A DNA stretch of 64,000 bases from an uncultured Gemmataceae bacterium (GCA_963750165.1 CAVVPN010000004.1:480001-544000), one strand, 5' to 3'. Shown: positions 1-10,637, counted from the first letter of the stretch. Translations and numbers: made by a program. Notes: generated by a model from the sequence alone, not told the origin.

Positions 1-617
1 CGAAGATGGCCGAGCGCGAGGGAGCCAACGGGGTTTCCGTCATCACACCGTATTTCGTCAACCCGTCGCAGCAGGAGATCGCGGACCACTATCGCCGCAT
101 CGCCGAGAGCACGTCGCTGCCGGTCATCCTCTACAACAACCCGGCCACCTGCGGCGGCGTCAAGATCGACGTGGACACCGTCGCCCGACTAGCGGAAATC
201 CCGAACATCCTTGGCATCAAGGATTCGAGCGGCGACCTGACGAACACCAACGAGTATCTGCGGGTGGTGCCGGATCGCTTCAGTGTGTTGCAGGGGCGCG
301 ACACGCTGATTTATCAATCGATGCTGTTCGGGGCGCGCGGGGCGGTGCCGGCGACGGCGAACGTGGCGCCGCGGTTGGTCGTGGAGATTTACGAGGCGGC
401 GCAGCGCGGCGACCATGCGGCGGCCAGGGCGGCGCAGGTGAAGCTGAACCCGGTGCGGTTGAGCCTGACGCTGGGCACGGCGCCCGGCGGCGTCAAGGCG
501 GCGCTGGCGCTGCTGGGCCGCTCGATTGGCCCGAGCCGGGCGCCCGTGGGGCCGCTGTCGCCGGAGAAGCAGCAGAAGATGCGGGCCTCGCTGGAATCGG
601 CCGGCCTGCTGCGGTAA
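1..617 (+). CDS. Dihydrodipicolinate synthase (DapA) family aldolase, 5'-partial
   Basis: Motifs ITPYF, VILYNNP and GIKDSSGD (Schiff-base Lys); ORF open at the window edge. Confidence 0.9.
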   Translation, partial: KMAEREGANGVSVITPYFVNPSQQEIADHYRRIAESTSLPVILYNNPATCGGVKIDVDTVARLAEIPNILGIKDSSGDLTNTNEYLRVVPDRFSVLQGRDTLIYQSMLFGARGAVPATANVAPRLVVEIYEAAQRGDHAAARAAQVKLNPVRLSLTLGTAPGGVKAALALLGRSIGPSRAPVGPLSPEKQQKMRASLESAGLLR

Positions 618-646
618 ACTGGAGCAAGATGTTCCAGGTTAAGAAG

Positions 647-776
647 TCCCGTTGTGGCTTGGTCTCCGGACCAAGCCACGGGCTGTGACCGAAGGTCTCC
701 ACAGGTGCCAGGCGCTTGAAGGGGAGACCTTCGGTCGCAGCGGTGGCCCGGTCCGGAGACCGGGCCACAACAGGGA
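647..776. repeat. ~130-bp REP-like composite palindrome
   Basis: Arms ccc(g)ttgtggc..ggtctccggacc..gaccgaaggtctcc / ggagaccttcggtc..ggtccggagacc..gccacaacaggg. Confidence 0.8.
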
Positions 777-797
777 TTGAAGTAAAGGGGTTCGTTT

Positions 798-1289
798 ATG
801 AGTTACGGCGGCGACGAGGGAGCGGGCGTCGGTTTCTCGACGGCGCGCGGCAGGGATTGGCCGAGCGTCCGTCAGTTCAACGTCTTCGTGGAGAACCGGC
901 TGGGCGGCCTGCTCAACGTGGTGCGGCGCTTCGAGACGAGCGACAATCGCATTGTGTCGTTGACGGTGGTGGATTCCGCGGACTGTGCCATCATCCGGTT
1001 GGTGGTGCGCGACCCGGAGCGCGCCCTGGAGGTGCTGCAACAGGCGGGGCTGCCGGTCGCGGAGAGCAACCTGCTGGTGGTCGGGTTGCCGGAGGGACCG
1101 CAACCACTGCTGCAAATCTGCAAGGCGCTGCTCGGCGTCGAGATCAACATCAACTATGCGTATCCGCTGCTGATTGGGCCGCACGGCCAGGCGGCGCTGG
1201 CGCTGCATGTCGAGGACCACGAGACCGCCGCCGCCACACTGCAACAGGCCGGCTTCACGCTGTTCACCGAAGGCGATCTTGAAGAGTAG
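798..1289 (+). CDS. ACT-domain protein (tandem ACT)
   Basis: RQFNVFVENRLGGL ... INYAYPL pattern of ACT repeats. Confidence 0.85.
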   Translation: MSYGGDEGAGVGFSTARGRDWPSVRQFNVFVENRLGGLLNVVRRFETSDNRIVSLTVVDSADCAIIRLVVRDPERALEVLQQAGLPVAESNLLVVGLPEGPQPLLQICKALLGVEININYAYPLLIGPHGQAALALHVEDHETAAATLQQAGFTLFTEGDLEE

Positions 1290-1365
1290 TCAGTAGGCAT
1301 TAGTTCACTGGGTTTCTTCCGACGCCTGAACCCAGTGAACTAATGACTAATGACTAATGACTAAT
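1288..1365. repeat. Hairpin with ACTAATG heptamer tandem repeat between convergent genes
   Basis: cattagttcactgggtt / aacccagtgaactaatg, with (actaatg)x3 + actaat at 1339-1365. Confidence 0.75.
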
Positions 1366-2210
1366 CAGGCAATTTTGCGCCGGCCAATCGTGGCGATTTC
1401 CAGGTTGATTAACTGCCGCACTACTGCCGCCGCGTTCGGCCGGTCGTCCGGCCTGCGCGCCAGCAGACGCTCGACCAGCCGCACCAGCCCCGGCGGCAGC
1501 GGATCGGCCAACGTGCGGAGGTCCGCCGGCGGGTCCGCCTCATGACGGCGAAAGGTCTGGTCGATGGTGCCGGGCGGATAGGGCAACTGGCCGGCCAACA
1601 TCTCGAACAGCATCACCCCCAGACTGAACAGGTCGCTCGCCAGCAGGTCCGCCGGCTCGGGACTGCATAACTCCGGCGCCAGATAGTTCACCGTGCCCAG
1701 GACGTAACCCTGCCGCAACAGCGCCTCGTTCTCGCCGGGCCGGTGCGCGAAACCCAGGTCGAGCAGGACGGCGCGGCCATCGCCAAGCAGACGCACGTTG
1801 TCGGGCTTCACGTCGCCGTGCGCGAAGCCGGCCCGGTGCAGCGCCACCAACGCCTCGGCCACCTGCCGCGTGATCCACAACGCCGTCGGCACGTCGAGCC
1901 GATAGTCGCGCCGCAGGCGCCGCCGCAGCACCTCGCCGGTCAACAACTCCAGCACCAGGAAATACGGCGAGCGCGTGACATGGGCGTCGAGCAGACGGAC
2001 CAGGTGGCGGTGGCGCACGGCCAGGCAGGCGCGGGCCTCACGCTGCAAAAGTTTGATGCCGGTCGGCTGATCCTCCCAGTCGGGCCGCAGCACCTTGACG
2101 GCGCAGGGCTGATCGCTGTCGAGCTGCCGGGCAGCGTAGACGGCGGTCAGGTGACTGCCGCCCAGCAGCGACAGCAACTCGTAGCCCGGTAGTTTCGGCA
2201 GTCCGTGCAT
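1365..2210 (-). CDS. Hanks-type Ser/Thr protein kinase (kinase domain only)
   Basis: AVK, HGDVKPDN, DLG, YLAPE, SDLFSLG; start placed at MHGLPKL. Confidence 0.9.
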   Translation of the reverse strand: MHGLPKLPGYELLSLLGGSHLTAVYAARQLDSDQPCAVKVLRPDWEDQPTGIKLLQREARACLAVRHRHLVRLLDAHVTRSPYFLVLELLTGEVLRRRLRRDYRLDVPTALWITRQVAEALVALHRAGFAHGDVKPDNVRLLGDGRAVLLDLGFAHRPGENEALLRQGYVLGTVNYLAPELCSPEPADLLASDLFSLGVMLFEMLAGQLPYPPGTIDQTFRRHEADPPADLRTLADPLPPGLVRLVERLLARRPDDRPNAAAVVRQLINLEIATIGRRKIA

Positions 2211-2425
2211 GGCAGGAACGTTCGCGGCGACCCGGAAAACGGCGCACGGTAGCAAACCGTGCCTGGGAGGTGTTATCGGCCCGCGCAACAAGGGAAGTGA
2301 ACAAAAAGCGGCTGGGATCCTGCTGGCCTTTTCCTTTCGCAGCTTCCCTGGTATACCCCCACACCTGGAAAAGCACCAAGCGGCCAGGTCGTCGGCCGTA
2401 CCACCGCGGGAGACGGTTGCCAGTG

Positions 2426-3721
2426 ATGTTCGCCACGCTCCCCGCTCCGTTCCAGCGCTTGCGGGCCGCTCCCTGGTGGGCCGTCGGCCTGGCCTGCGCC
2501 CTCGCCGTCGGGGCGGCGCTGCGCCTGGCCTGGGGCCTGGACATCGAATACAAGGCCGACGAGGCCTGGACCTTTGAGCACGCGCTCCGGCTGCTGCACG
2601 GGGCGCCGTGGCCGTCGCTCGGGATGCCGAGCAGCGTCGGCCTGCCCAACCCGGGCCTGAGTTTGTGGGTCTTCGCCGTCCTGGACGCGCTCTTCGCGGT
2701 GCAATCGCCGCCGGACCTGGCGCGGGCGGTCCAGCTGCTGAACGTCGTGGCCCTGGTGCTGCTCTGCGCCGTCGTGCTGCGGTGGCTGCCGGCGGCGGAG
2801 CGCGAGCCGTGGCTGTGGGCGGCGGCCCTGGCGGCGGTCAACCCGATGGCGGTGCTGTTTCAGCGGAAAATCTGGCCGCCCTCGGTGCTGCCGTTGTTCC
2901 TGGTCCTGCTGCTGGCTGGCTGGTGGCGGCGCGAGCGCCGCGGCGGGGCGCTGCTCTGGGGCCTGTGCGGAGCGCTGATCGGCCAGATTCACCTGTCCGG
3001 CTTTTTCTTCGCCGCAGCGCTGGCCGGCGGGACGTTGCTGCGGCGGCGGACGGGCGTGGTCTGGTCCCGCTGGTGGGCCGGCACCCTACTCGGAGCCGTG
3101 CCGCTGATGCCGTGGCTGGCGGATGTGGGCGGCGCACTGCGCGACGGCACCTTCGGCTGGTGGCGGGCGATGGAGGGCAAGTTCTGGCTGCAATGGGCCA
3201 CCGAACCGCTCGGCTTCGGCCTGTGCTACTCCCTCGGCGACCAGTACCAGGAGTTCTTGACCTGGCCCGAGGTGGCGGGACAGCCGTTGTACCTGGTGGC
3301 CCTGCTGCACGCGGTCGTGATCGGCACGGGCGTCGTCCTGCTGCTGCGGGCGCTGCGCCGCGGGTGGCGCGGCGCGGGCGGCGGAGACACCGGTTTCTGC
3401 GTCAACTGGGCCTTCTGGGGCTACGGACTGCTGTTGACGGTCATGGGCCTGCGCTTCTACCGCCATTACCTGATCGTGGCGTTTCCGCTGACGTTCGTCT
3501 GGCTGGCGCAACTGGCGCTGGGCGGCCGGGACCAGGGGCCGGCGGCGCGGGCGGGGGGGCGGAGGCTGCTGGTGGTGCTGTGCGTGGCCCAGGCGCTGTT
3601 GTCGGCCTGCTTTTTGCACTACCTTCATGAGCGCGGCACGGGGCCCGAGTCCGAGTTCGGCGTGCCCTACTCCGGGCAGTGGTCGGTGATTACCGTCGAG
3701 TGGTTCATGGGCGACGAATAA
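2426..3721 (+). CDS. Polytopic membrane protein, GT-C/ArnT-like glycosyltransferase
   Basis: DIEYKADE acidic motif after TM1, NPG motif, many TM helices. Confidence 0.65.
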   Translation: MFATLPAPFQRLRAAPWWAVGLACALAVGAALRLAWGLDIEYKADEAWTFEHALRLLHGAPWPSLGMPSSVGLPNPGLSLWVFAVLDALFAVQSPPDLARAVQLLNVVALVLLCAVVLRWLPAAEREPWLWAAALAAVNPMAVLFQRKIWPPSVLPLFLVLLLAGWWRRERRGGALLWGLCGALIGQIHLSGFFFAAALAGGTLLRRRTGVVWSRWWAGTLLGAVPLMPWLADVGGALRDGTFGWWRAMEGKFWLQWATEPLGFGLCYSLGDQYQEFLTWPEVAGQPLYLVALLHAVVIGTGVVLLLRALRRGWRGAGGGDTGFCVNWAFWGYGLLLTVMGLRFYRHYLIVAFPLTFVWLAQLALGGRDQGPAARAGGRRLLVVLCVAQALLSACFLHYLHERGTGPESEFGVPYSGQWSVITVEWFMGDE

Positions 3722-3892
3722 TGAGGTGGCGGGAATCTGCTTGAGGCGAGGGCGCTCTTTCAGCTCTTCCCTGACCCGGGTGTGCCCCGCCTGGTATAAT
3801 GGAGATAGTGCCAGGGAGGGCTTTCATCTCGTTTCATTTCACAGACCCCCTTGACTGCCCCAGGGGCCGCGCCCATTCCCTATCCTCTCCGG

Positions 3893-3921
3893 TTGACCCA
3901 CCACGCCGCGCCGTCTAGAGT
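3893..3921 (+). promoter_or_regulatory. Sigma70-like promoter of ftsH
   Basis: TTGACC-N17-TAGAGT, upstream of GGAGG RBS and GTG at 3968. Confidence 0.5.
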
Positions 3922-3967
3922 GAAGAGACGGAACCCGCTGAACATTTCTACCGTGGAGGCCGCACCG

Positions 3968-5968
3968 GTGCAGAAGAAAGTTAAAGACCGACTTCGTCCC
4001 TGGCTCATCGGTGCCCTGTGGGTCGTGCTCTCCGTGGGCGTCGGAGCCCTGCTGGTGTGGTTCTTCAACCGCGAGTCGAGCCCCATCACGCTCAAATACG
4101 GCGAACTGATGCAGATTCTACAAACGCCGGAGTCCTCCGTGCGCCTGCAGAACGTGCGCGTCGGCCAGACGGAGATTCGCGGCGAAATCGTCACCACCGA
4201 TCCCGTCTCCGAGGGCGCCGCCAGTCCCGGCCGCTTCACCCAGGTCAAGGCGTTCCGCACACCGCGGCGCGGCGTCGAGGCGGACGCCGGCTTGCTCAAG
4301 CGCCTCAACGAGCGCGTCGGCGCCGGCTATCAGGGCGAGGAAGAGGAGTCCGCCCTGCGCAGTTTGTACTCGATGCTGCTGTCGTTCCTGATGATTTTCC
4401 TGGTGGTGGTCGCCGGCTTCTTCGTGTTCCGCTGGGTCGCGGGCGGCAGTTCGCCGCTGACCTTCGGCCGCAGCCGCCACAAGGTTTATGCTCAGAAAGA
4501 CCTGCACGTCACTTTCCAGGATGTGGCCGGCATCGACGAGGCCGTCGCCGAGTTGCGCGAGATCGTCGATTTCCTCAAGAACCCCGCCAAGTACCAGCTG
4601 CTGGGCGGTCGCATCCCCAAGGGCGTGCTGCTGGTCGGGCCGCCCGGCACCGGCAAGACGCTGCTGGCCAAGGCTGTCGCCGGTGAGGCCGACGTGCCGT
4701 TCTTCAGCCTCAGCGGCTCCGACTTCGTGGAGATGTTCGTCGGCGTCGGCGCCAGCCGGGTGCGCGATCTGTTCGCACAAGCAGAGACAAAAGCGCCCTG
4801 TATTATCTTTATTGATGAGCTCGACGCCCTGGGCAAGACGCGCGGCGGCAGCGTGGTCGGCGGCCACGACGAGCGCGAGCAGACGCTCAACCAGCTGCTG
4901 GTGGAGATGGACGGCTTCGACAGCAACCGCGGCGTCATCCTGATGGCGGCGACCAACCGGCCCGAGACGCTGGACGCGGCGCTGCTGCGGCCGGGCCGCT
5001 TCGACCGCCAGGTGGTTGTGGATCGTCCCGACATCAACGGCCGCGAGGCCATCCTCAAGGTCCACATCCGTCACGTCAAGCTGGCCGACGACGTGGACCT
5101 GCGGCACGTGGCGGCGTTGACGCCGGGCTCGGTCGGTGCCGACCTGGCCAACCTGGTCAACGAGGCGGCGCTGATCGCGGCCCGTCGCGGCAAGGACAAG
5201 GTCAACATGGCCGAACTCAACGAGGCCATCGAGCGCGGCTCCATCGGCCTGGAGCGGCGCAGCCGCATCATGCGCGCCGACGAGAAGCAGCGCGTCGCCT
5301 ACCACGAGGCCGGCCACGCCCTGGTCAGCTGCGCCCTGCCCAACACGCACACCGTCCACAAGGTAACGATCATCCCGCGCGGCGTCGGCGCGCTCGGCTA
5401 TGTCTGGAGCCGGCCCGAGGAAGACCGCTACCTGGTCACACAGTCCGAGCTGGAAAGCAAGATCAAGGAGGCGCTGGCCGGCACGCTGGCGGAGGAGTTG
5501 ATCTACCGCGAAATCTCCAACGGCGCCACCAGCGACCTGGAGAAGGCCAACGAAATTGCCCGCAAGATGGTGATGGAGTTCGGCATGAGCCGGCTGGGCC
5601 GCGTCAGCTTCCGCGACCAGGGCGGCCCCGGCTTCCTGTCCGGCATCCGCGGCGACGGCGAGCGCGCCTACAGCGAGGAGACGGCCCGCGAGATCGACGT
5701 GGAGGTGCGCAAGATCATCGACGACGCCACCGAGGAGGTGCGCAGCATCCTGCGCGAGCGGCGGCCGGCACTGGAGGCGGTGGCGCAGATGCTGATGGAG
5801 CGCGAGACCATTGACGGCAGCGAACTGCGCAGCCTGATCGAACAGCACTCACCGGGGCCGCGCCTGGTGCCGGGCACCCTGCCCACCGGCGACCGCGCCG
5901 CGCAGGGGAGTGGCGCCGGCGTCGTCAGCGCCGACCCACGGCCCGCCGCCGGTTTGAGTGAAAGTTGA
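3968..5968 (+). CDS. ftsH: ATP-dependent zinc metalloprotease FtsH
   Basis: Two TM segments, Walker [21 protein letters not shown] zinc motif. Confidence 0.97.
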   Translation: MQKKVKDRLRPWLIGALWVVLSVGVGALLVWFFNRESSPITLKYGELMQILQTPESSVRLQNVRVGQTEIRGEIVTTDPVSEGAASPGRFTQVKAFRTPRRGVEADAGLLKRLNERVGAGYQGEEEESALRSLYSMLLSFLMIFLVVVAGFFVFRWVAGGSSPLTFGRSRHKVYAQKDLHVTFQDVAGIDEAVAELREIVDFLKNPAKYQLLGGRIPKGVLLVGPPGTGKTLLAKAVAGEADVPFFSLSGSDFVEMFVGVGASRVRDLFAQAETKAPCIIFIDELDALGKTRGGSVVGGHDEREQTLNQLLVEMDGFDSNRGVILMAATNRPETLDAALLRPGRFDRQVVVDRPDINGREAILKVHIRHVKLADDVDLRHVAALTPGSVGADLANLVNEAALIAARRGKDKVNMAELNEAIERGSIGLERRSRIMRADEKQRVAYHEAGHALVSCALPNTHTVHKVTIIPRGVGALGYVWSRPEEDRYLVTQSELESKIKEALAGTLAEELIYREISNGATSDLEKANEIARKMVMEFGMSRLGRVSFRDQGGPGFLSGIRGDGERAYSEETAREIDVEVRKIIDDATEEVRSILRERRPALEAVAQMLMERETIDGSELRSLIEQHSPGPRLVPGTLPTGDRAAQGSGAGVVSADPRPAAGLSES

Positions 5969-6024
5969 GCGGAGCAGGTCGCCGACGTGTATCACATGCC
6001 GTTGTCGGGCATGGGAAAAACCGT

Positions 6025-6092
6025 GGCGAGCGGCGCGGCGTCAGCCCGCCGGTACTTTGCGCTACCGGCGGGCTGACGCCGCGCCGCTCGCC
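6025..6092. repeat. REP-like doublet (GGCGAGCGGCGCGGCGTCAGCCCGCCGGT), copy 1
   Basis: Perfect inverted arms; near-identical to 6988-7055. Confidence 0.9.
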
Positions 6093-6156
6093 TTTGGACG
6101 AATGCCCGCCAGTTCCAAATCGCTGCAAGCACCCGGCTTCACGACAGGAGGTGAAG

Positions 6157-6969
6157 ATGGACTTTCCTCGGAGGGCGAACCCGACCGTCGCCCGGAGCAC
6201 GTTTTTCCAGACCGTCGCCCGCTTCCTTCCCTTTAGCCGCCAGACCGAAGCCCCCGCCGTGTTCCACGTCACCCACGCCAAGGCGGGGTCGCAGTGGATT
6301 TACAAAATCCTGCTCGCCTGCGTTCCCGAGCGGATCGTCACGCCGCTGACCTTCCAGGAACAGTTCCTCGAACAAGCCCCGGAACCGGGCAAGGTGTACC
6401 CCACCCTGTACGTCACGAAACAGCAGTTCGAGGCTCGGCCCCTGCCGCGCTCGCGGTGCCGGTTCGTCGTCATTCGCGACCTGCGCGACACCCTGGTGTC
6501 GGCGTACTTCAGCATCAAGTTCAGCCACCCGGACATCGGCAATCCTCTCCTGGGAGAGATGCGCGCGACGCTGGAGCAGCGGAGCGTGGAGGACGGCTTC
6601 CTGTTCTTGCTCGACTGCTGGCTGCCGGAGAGTGCCGCCATTCAGTCGTCCTGGTGCGCGGCGGGCGAACCGCTGATCCGCTATGAAGAGCTGCTGAGCG
6701 CGGACCTGTCGATCCTGAGCCGCGTGCTGTTGCGGCGGTGTCGGCTGGAGGTGCCGGCCAGGCAGTTTGCGGAAATCGTCCAGGCCAACCGCTTCGAGCA
6801 GGTGACCGGCGGCCGGCGCCGCGGCCGGGAAGACCTCGCGGCTCACGAGCGCAAGGGCATCGCCGGCGACTGGCGCAACCACTTCACGCCGCGCGTCGTC
6901 CGCGCGTTCAAGGATCGCTACAGTCGCCTGCTGATTGACACCGGCTACGAGCGCAACCGCGACTGGTGA
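6157..6969 (+). CDS. Sulfotransferase-domain protein
   Basis: 5'-PSB-like THAKAGSQW, IRDLRDTLVSAY, RYEEL, RKGIAGDWRNHF. Confidence 0.88.
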   Translation: MDFPRRANPTVARSTFFQTVARFLPFSRQTEAPAVFHVTHAKAGSQWIYKILLACVPERIVTPLTFQEQFLEQAPEPGKVYPTLYVTKQQFEARPLPRSRCRFVVIRDLRDTLVSAYFSIKFSHPDIGNPLLGEMRATLEQRSVEDGFLFLLDCWLPESAAIQSSWCAAGEPLIRYEELLSADLSILSRVLLRRCRLEVPARQFAEIVQANRFEQVTGGRRRGREDLAAHERKGIAGDWRNHFTPRVVRAFKDRYSRLLIDTGYERNRDW

Positions 6970-6987
6970 GGCCCTGCCCTGGGTTTT

Positions 6988-7055
6988 GGCGAGCGGCGCG
7001 GCGTCAGCCCGCCGGTACTTTGCGTTACCGGCGGGCTGACGCCGCGCCGCTCGCC
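6988..7055. repeat. REP-like doublet, copy 2
   Basis: Differs from 6025-6092 by one base in the spacer. Confidence 0.9.
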
Positions 7056-7168
7056 ACGGTTTTCTTCAGATCTCGGGCAAACCTGGATAGCGTCCGGAGC
7101 GCTTCAACGGTATGATCCTCCCACTTTGAAATACTGCTCGCCCGGGGTTTCTCGACAGGGAGGTCGAA

Positions 7169-7963
7169 ATGGGCAAGGTGCGTGACGCCGGCCGTGGAAG
7201 GCTGTTCCAGTCTCAACCCGAGTTGGCTCCTGCCGTCAGTCGCGGCGAACCGCCGACAGTGTTCCACATCACCCACCCCAAGGCGGGGTCGCAGTGGATT
7301 CACCGCATCCTGCGCGAGTGCATGGGGCCGCGCGTCGTCGTGCCGGAAGAGTTCGGCGAACAATTCCTGGAGCGGCCCCTGCTGCCGCATCAGGTCTATC
7401 CCACGCTCTATCTGACCAAACAGCAGTTTGACAGCGTTCCCCTGCCGACCGACTGGCGCCGCTTCGTGGTCATCCGCGATCTGCGCGACACACTCGTGTC
7501 GGTCTATTTCAGCCTCAAGGTCAGCCACGTCGTCATCTCTGACACCATTCAGGGGTGGCGCGAGCGGCTGCCCCATGTGAGTCAGGAGGAAGGGCTGTTG
7601 CTCATCCTGGAGGAGTGGCTGCACTTCGCAGCCGCCATTCAGTGGTCCTGGTGGGAGGCGGACGAACCGCTCATCCGCTATGAGGATTTGCTCAACAACG
7701 ACCTGGAAATCCTGCGGCGGGTGCTGCTGAAGGAATGTGAGCTGGGCGTACCACGGCAGCGCTTCGAGGAAGTGATTTATGCCTGTCGGTTTGAGCAGGT
7801 CACCGGCCGCCGGCTCGGGCAGGAAGATCGCTCCGCCCATGAGCGCAAGGGCGTCGCCGGCGACTGGCGCAACCACTTCACGCCGCGCGTCGTCCGCGCG
7901 TTCAAGGACCGCTTCGGCGGCCTGTTGATGGACCTGGGCTACGAGCGCGACCTGGATTGGTGA
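7169..7963 (+). CDS. Sulfotransferase-domain protein (tandem paralog)
   Basis: THPKAGSQW, IRDLRDTLVSVY, RKGVAGDWRNHF. Confidence 0.88.
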   Translation: MGKVRDAGRGRLFQSQPELAPAVSRGEPPTVFHITHPKAGSQWIHRILRECMGPRVVVPEEFGEQFLERPLLPHQVYPTLYLTKQQFDSVPLPTDWRRFVVIRDLRDTLVSVYFSLKVSHVVISDTIQGWRERLPHVSQEEGLLLILEEWLHFAAAIQWSWWEADEPLIRYEDLLNNDLEILRRVLLKECELGVPRQRFEEVIYACRFEQVTGRRLGQEDRSAHERKGVAGDWRNHFTPRVVRAFKDRFGGLLMDLGYERDLDW

Positions 7964-7973
7964 CGCGCACCAG

Positions 7974-8460
7974 GAACAACAGCGACCGGAGGGTGCCTCA
8001 GCCAGCTGGCTGAGGCACCCTCCGGTCGCTGTTGTTCGTGGGACGGCTCTGCAGAGCCGTCTCTTTGGCAGCGACGGCTCTGGAGAGCCGTCCTACGGTT
8101 GCACAGCAGGTCCCTTGCAACCTGAGGCACCCTCCGGTCGCTGTTGTTCGTGGGACGGCTCTCCAGAGCCGTCTCTTTGGCAGCGACGGCTCTGGAGAGC
8201 CGTCCTACGGTTGCACAGCAGGTCCCTTGCAACCTGAGGCACCCTCCGGTCGCTGTTGTTCGTGGGACGGCTCTCCAGAGCCGTCTCTTTGGCAGCGACG
8301 GCTCTGCAGAGCCGTCCCACGGTTGCACAGCAGGTCCCTTGCAACCTGAGGCACCCTCCGGTCGCTGTTGTTCGTGGGACGGCTCTCCAGAGCCGTCTCT
8401 TTGGCAGCGACGGCTCTGCAGAGCCGTCCCACGGTTGCACAGCAGGTCCCTTGCAACCTG
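7974..8460. repeat. Tandem array of 4 x 112-bp units, each holding a GTRG-type REP doublet, headed by a 64-bp perfect palindrome (BIME/REPIN-like)
   Basis: Units start at 8010, 8122, 8234, 8346; REP GTRGGACGGCTCTSCAGAGCCGTC; palindrome 7974-8037. Confidence 0.95.
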
Positions 8461-8785
8461 CACCACGATAAATTAGACAAATTCCGAGTTTTTGCTTGAC
8501 AGAGCCAAAAGCGCGTTTATCATTCCCCTTTATGGAAGTGGGTTGAACAAGCAGGACAGCTAATTCCTGAAAAGGAATCGCGCAGGGACGCCCGTGCGAA
8601 TCGATCTGCCGCTTCTGACCACCGGCTCGGCCCGGTGGTGACCTGTCTCCGATCGTCGCACTTCTTCCGCCGCGCTTCATCCTGACTCACCCGCGCGCCC
8701 GCTCTCCAGGCGTCATCCAGCGTTCGTCCCCCGGCGACCCGGCCACAGGGGCACGGCAGCCATTCTTTACAGGAGGTGTTTCAAC

Positions 8786-10091
8786 ATGGATCGGAATCAA
8801 CAAGTCGTTGAGCGGACGCGAGCCATCTTCGCCGAGCGCCTGGACGATGTGCTGCACATGGTGCGGCAGGATCGCCAGGACCTGCGCGGCTGGGAGGAAC
8901 CCGCTCACCTGCGCGCCGTCGTTCGCCGCGCCGTCCGTGAAGGCGGCGAGGGCTACGAAGCCACTGCGGTCAGCGTGGCCGAGCCGGAGTGCGGCCGCTC
9001 CGCCGGCGAGCCCGACCGCGGGCAGCAGCGCGAGGGCATCGGTCAACTCCTCGAGGCCGGCGCCCAGGCCCTGGAGCGCATCAGCCAGGATCGGCAGCCG
9101 CAGCTCACTCCCGCTGAGCGCCTCGGGCTGGAGTGTGTACTGCTCATCTACGGCCGGCCGGCGGTGCTGGTCGCCGGTGATCGCCTGGCCAGCGTGCCGG
9201 CGCTCTGGAACCAGCTGGAAGACCAGCGCGAGGACATCGAGCTGGTGCAGCGCGGCGTCGGCCGCATCGAGCTGTTCGGCCATCCCGAGTACGACTGGGC
9301 CGGCACCGCCTGCCTGGTCAGCGACACGGTGCTGATGACGACGCGGCGCACCGCCGAATTGTTCGTGGAGCAGTTCAACCAGCAATGGCAGTTCCGCCCC
9401 GGCATCACCGCCTGGATGGACTACCGCTCCGAGTACCAGCAGACAGCCAGCGCCGGCTACCGCGTCCGCAACATCATCGGCATGCACCCGGTTTACGACC
9501 TGGCGCTGCTGGAGGTCGAGCCGCCGCAGAGCCAGGACGCCTGCCCGCCGGCGCCGCTGAGCCTGGCCGCCGCGCCGCCGATGCCGATCGAGGGCCGGCC
9601 GGTGTACCTGGTCGGCTACCCGGTGCGCGACGCCCGCCGCAACGAGCCGGAGACGCTGACGCGCGTCTTCCGTGACCTGTACAATGTCAAGCGCGTGCAG
9701 CCGGGCCAGCTGCGCGGCACCTTCGCCTTCCGCGACGTGCAGCTGCTGCGCAACGACTGCGGCCTGCTGGGCTCCACCGGCGGCAGACTGCCTGGTGGAC
9801 CTGGAGACGCATCAGGTGCTCGGCCTGCAACTGACCAGCCGTTACCTCGAACAGGGGACCGCCATTCCGCTGTGGACGCTGCGCGACGACCCGATGTTTC
9901 GCCAGGCCGGCGTGACGTTCTCGGACGCCACCCGCTCGGACCTGCAGATGACCCTGAGCCAGTTGGAGCGGCTGGCCCGGAGCCGCTACTGGAACGAGTT
10001 GCGCGGCGCCATCGAGGGCCTGTATCGCCGCGCCTTCGGTTCGGGCAACAACCCCAACCCGCAGCAGCCGCAGCAGCGCAACGGCCGCTGA
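8786..10091 (+). CDS. Trypsin-like serine peptidase homolog, frameshifted near 9785, with degenerate catalytic motifs
   Basis: LECVLLIYGRPA, VGRIE, YDLALL, VGYP..D.RRN, YNVKRVQPG; continues as CLVDLETHQVLGL in another frame. Confidence 0.75.
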
Positions 10092-10102
10092 CCTGGGCCG
10101 TA

Positions 10103-10187
10103 GAAGCACAGAACCGCCAGGACGCCAGGATGCCAAGAAAACCATTTTTTCTTTGTCTTTCTTGGCGTCCTGGCGGTTCTGTGCTTC
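10103..10187. repeat. Palindrome with CGCCARGA sub-repeats
   Basis: gaagcacagaaccgccaggacgcca / tggcgtcctggcggttctgtgcttc. Confidence 0.75.
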
Positions 10188-10554
10188 CTTTCGCGCCGAC
10201 CGTTCGCTCGTCTTTACTGATTGGACAGTTTAACACCAGGAGGAACAAAAACCCCCCACGTTCCTCCGAACAACGTACTGCCTGGGTGGAAAAAGTTGGC
10301 CACCCCTGACGGAATTACGGTCCCGCAGTCGGTTTTTTCGTTCCAGGATGAGTTTTATCAGTTATACTTTTGCGGTTTTGCCGGGTGACTGCCACCTTTT
10401 ACACCCCGGCGGCACAGACCGGCAGCAAGGCCCGGAACGGGACACCTGGCGAGCGGCGGCAGGGAAGAGATTTTTCTTAAAAACTTCGGACTGAAAGTCA
10501 ACTGTTTCTTGTAGTTAAAGAAAAATCGTGCGAGGCAATTGATTTTTGAAATGA

Positions 10555-10571
10555 TCGGCACCTATATTGCT
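10555..10571 (+). promoter_or_regulatory. Sigma54 (-24/-12) promoter candidate for the dksA-like gene
   Basis: tcGGCACctataTTGCt with exact GG-N10-GC spacing, preceded by an AT-rich tract. Confidence 0.6.
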
Positions 10572-10637
10572 GTGGGAGAAAGAAGTTTTAACCAATCCTC
10601 CAGGATGGATAGCGAACATAGCGAAAGGTTGAGAGTC

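Noticed and set aside
7974..8460. CRISPR array, or repeat-protein ORFs across the tandem repeat
   Set aside because: Inter-repeat segments are identical rather than unique spacers, there are no cas genes, and the 112-bp period is not a multiple of 3
8540..8620. c-di-GMP-I or c-di-AMP riboswitch
   Set aside because: Only a GAAA-capped hairpin matches; the other conserved core motifs are absent
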